Shown: positions 63,388 to 64,000 of the stretch, one piece after another | Layout of the letters: the number at the start of each line of letters is the position of its first letter | How positions within the stretch are numbered: the first letter of the stretch is position 1 | Assembly: GCF_041956535.1 (NCBI RefSeq) | Contig: NW_027192225.1 | Span: forward strand, 79,307-143,306 | DNA: 64,000 nt | DNA from: Calcarisporiella thermophila CBS 279.70 | Taxonomy: Eukaryota > Fungi > Calcarisporiellomycota | Direction of reading: 5' to 3' | Notes under the pieces: generated by a model | Seen by the model: only the letters and a program-made list of their open reading frames with translations | What the model was told of the DNA's origin: nothing | The model's database searches: none | Translations under genes and position numbers: made by a program

Positions 63388-64000
63388 ATGACCCTACGCT
63401 GTGTACACATTATCATTGCGCTTCCTCCTGCGTTTGGGCACATCATTCCTGGGATATCTCTAGCCAAGCAGTTACTTAGTATTCCATCTCTTGCGGAATT
63501 CGGTGAAGATAGGGGTGATTCTGAAAGGCTTGTCACGCTCCTTATATCAGAAAAGTGTCTGCCTCTTTTGAAGGAGAAAAATATCATTCCAGCCATCGAG
63601 AGCCATTCAGAAATCCATCGAGGAAGATATGGTCGCATATGTATTGAGCCCTTGAAGGATGGGGTTGAGCCAATATACACTCAATTAGACGAAGTATTTA
63701 AGACATTTTTCGGTAGCCTGCCAAAAAATGTTAAAGCTGTTGGAGAGTACTTGAAATCGACAAAAGATGGCGCAACTCCGCCATCCTGTATTATACTTGA
63801 TATGTTTGCCGGCTTGTTTGAACCATTCCCATTTAATCACCTCCCTTACTACTTCTTTTTCACCTCACCGGTTATTATGCCAATCCAACAGGATGAGCCT
63901 AAATTAAAAATTAGAGGAATGATCGACAAAGCTCTCTTATCTTCGGCAGGAAAACTATTGCAGGATGGGCTCAGTTTGATGTATCCAAGATTGACAAAGT
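63388..64000 (+). CDS. Second UDP-glycosyltransferase paralogue, 5' part only (runs off window; absent from ORF track)
   Basis: MTLRCVHIIIALPPAFGHIIPGISLAKQLLSIPSL...DSERLVTLLI...PSCIILDMF is collinear with the 59908 UGT, and the frame is open to the window end. Confidence 0.88.
   Translation, partial: MTLRCVHIIIALPPAFGHIIPGISLAKQLLSIPSLAEFGEDRGDSERLVTLLISEKCLPLLKEKNIIPAIESHSEIHRGRYGRICIEPLKDGVEPIYTQLDEVFKTFFGSLPKNVKAVGEYLKSTKDGATPPSCIILDMFAGLFEPFPFNHLPYYFFFTSPVIMPIQQDEPKLKIRGMIDKALLSSAGKLLQDGLSLMYPRLTK

Noticed and set aside
55860-64000. ACSF3 + UGTs as a biosynthetic gene cluster
   Set aside because: ACSF3 has a mitochondrial presequence and looks like a housekeeping gene, PITHD1 intervenes, and there is no PKS, NRPS or terpene core gene in the window.
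1-64000. CRISPR arrays, rRNA, intact transposons, selenocysteine/recoding signals
   Set aside because: No repeat-spacer arrays, rRNA motifs or transposase/RT motifs seen. Apparent frame breaks in genes are explained by canonical introns.

Overview
Eukaryotic, intron-containing fungal DNA, most consistent with an early-diverging (Mucoromycota-like) fungus. It carries about 27 protein-coding genes with short GT-AG introns. I found no rRNA, tRNA, CRISPR array or intact transposon. From left to right: a single-pass receptor-like protein (signal peptide, kelch-like propeller interrupted by a mucin-like insert, TM helix, pseudokinase), SHO1, a secreted Pro/Gly/Gln-rich protein, ketopantoate reductase, a Zn2Cys6 factor, MAK21, a NOP13-like RRM protein, a Nup60-like protein, ARPC1, an AT-hook/C2H2/PHD protein, an FlbA/Sst2-type RGS, an O-fucosyltransferase-like GT, heme oxygenase, RPL32, DCP1, a divergent PDK/BCKDK-family kinase, an S10 carboxypeptidase, FMP32/CCDC90, an At4g15545-like coiled-coil protein, a CLA4-type PAK, a bZIP factor, a BLOC-1 subunit, ACSF3, a PITH protein and two tandem plant-type (PSPG-box) UDP-glycosyltransferases, the second truncated by the window edge. 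Base composition drifts from GC-rich on the left to AT-rich on the right. The best candidate for an undescribed system is the receptor pseudokinase at 66-3033, which lies tail-to-tail with SHO1. Exon boundaries and family assignments were made by eye from motifs, with no database searches.
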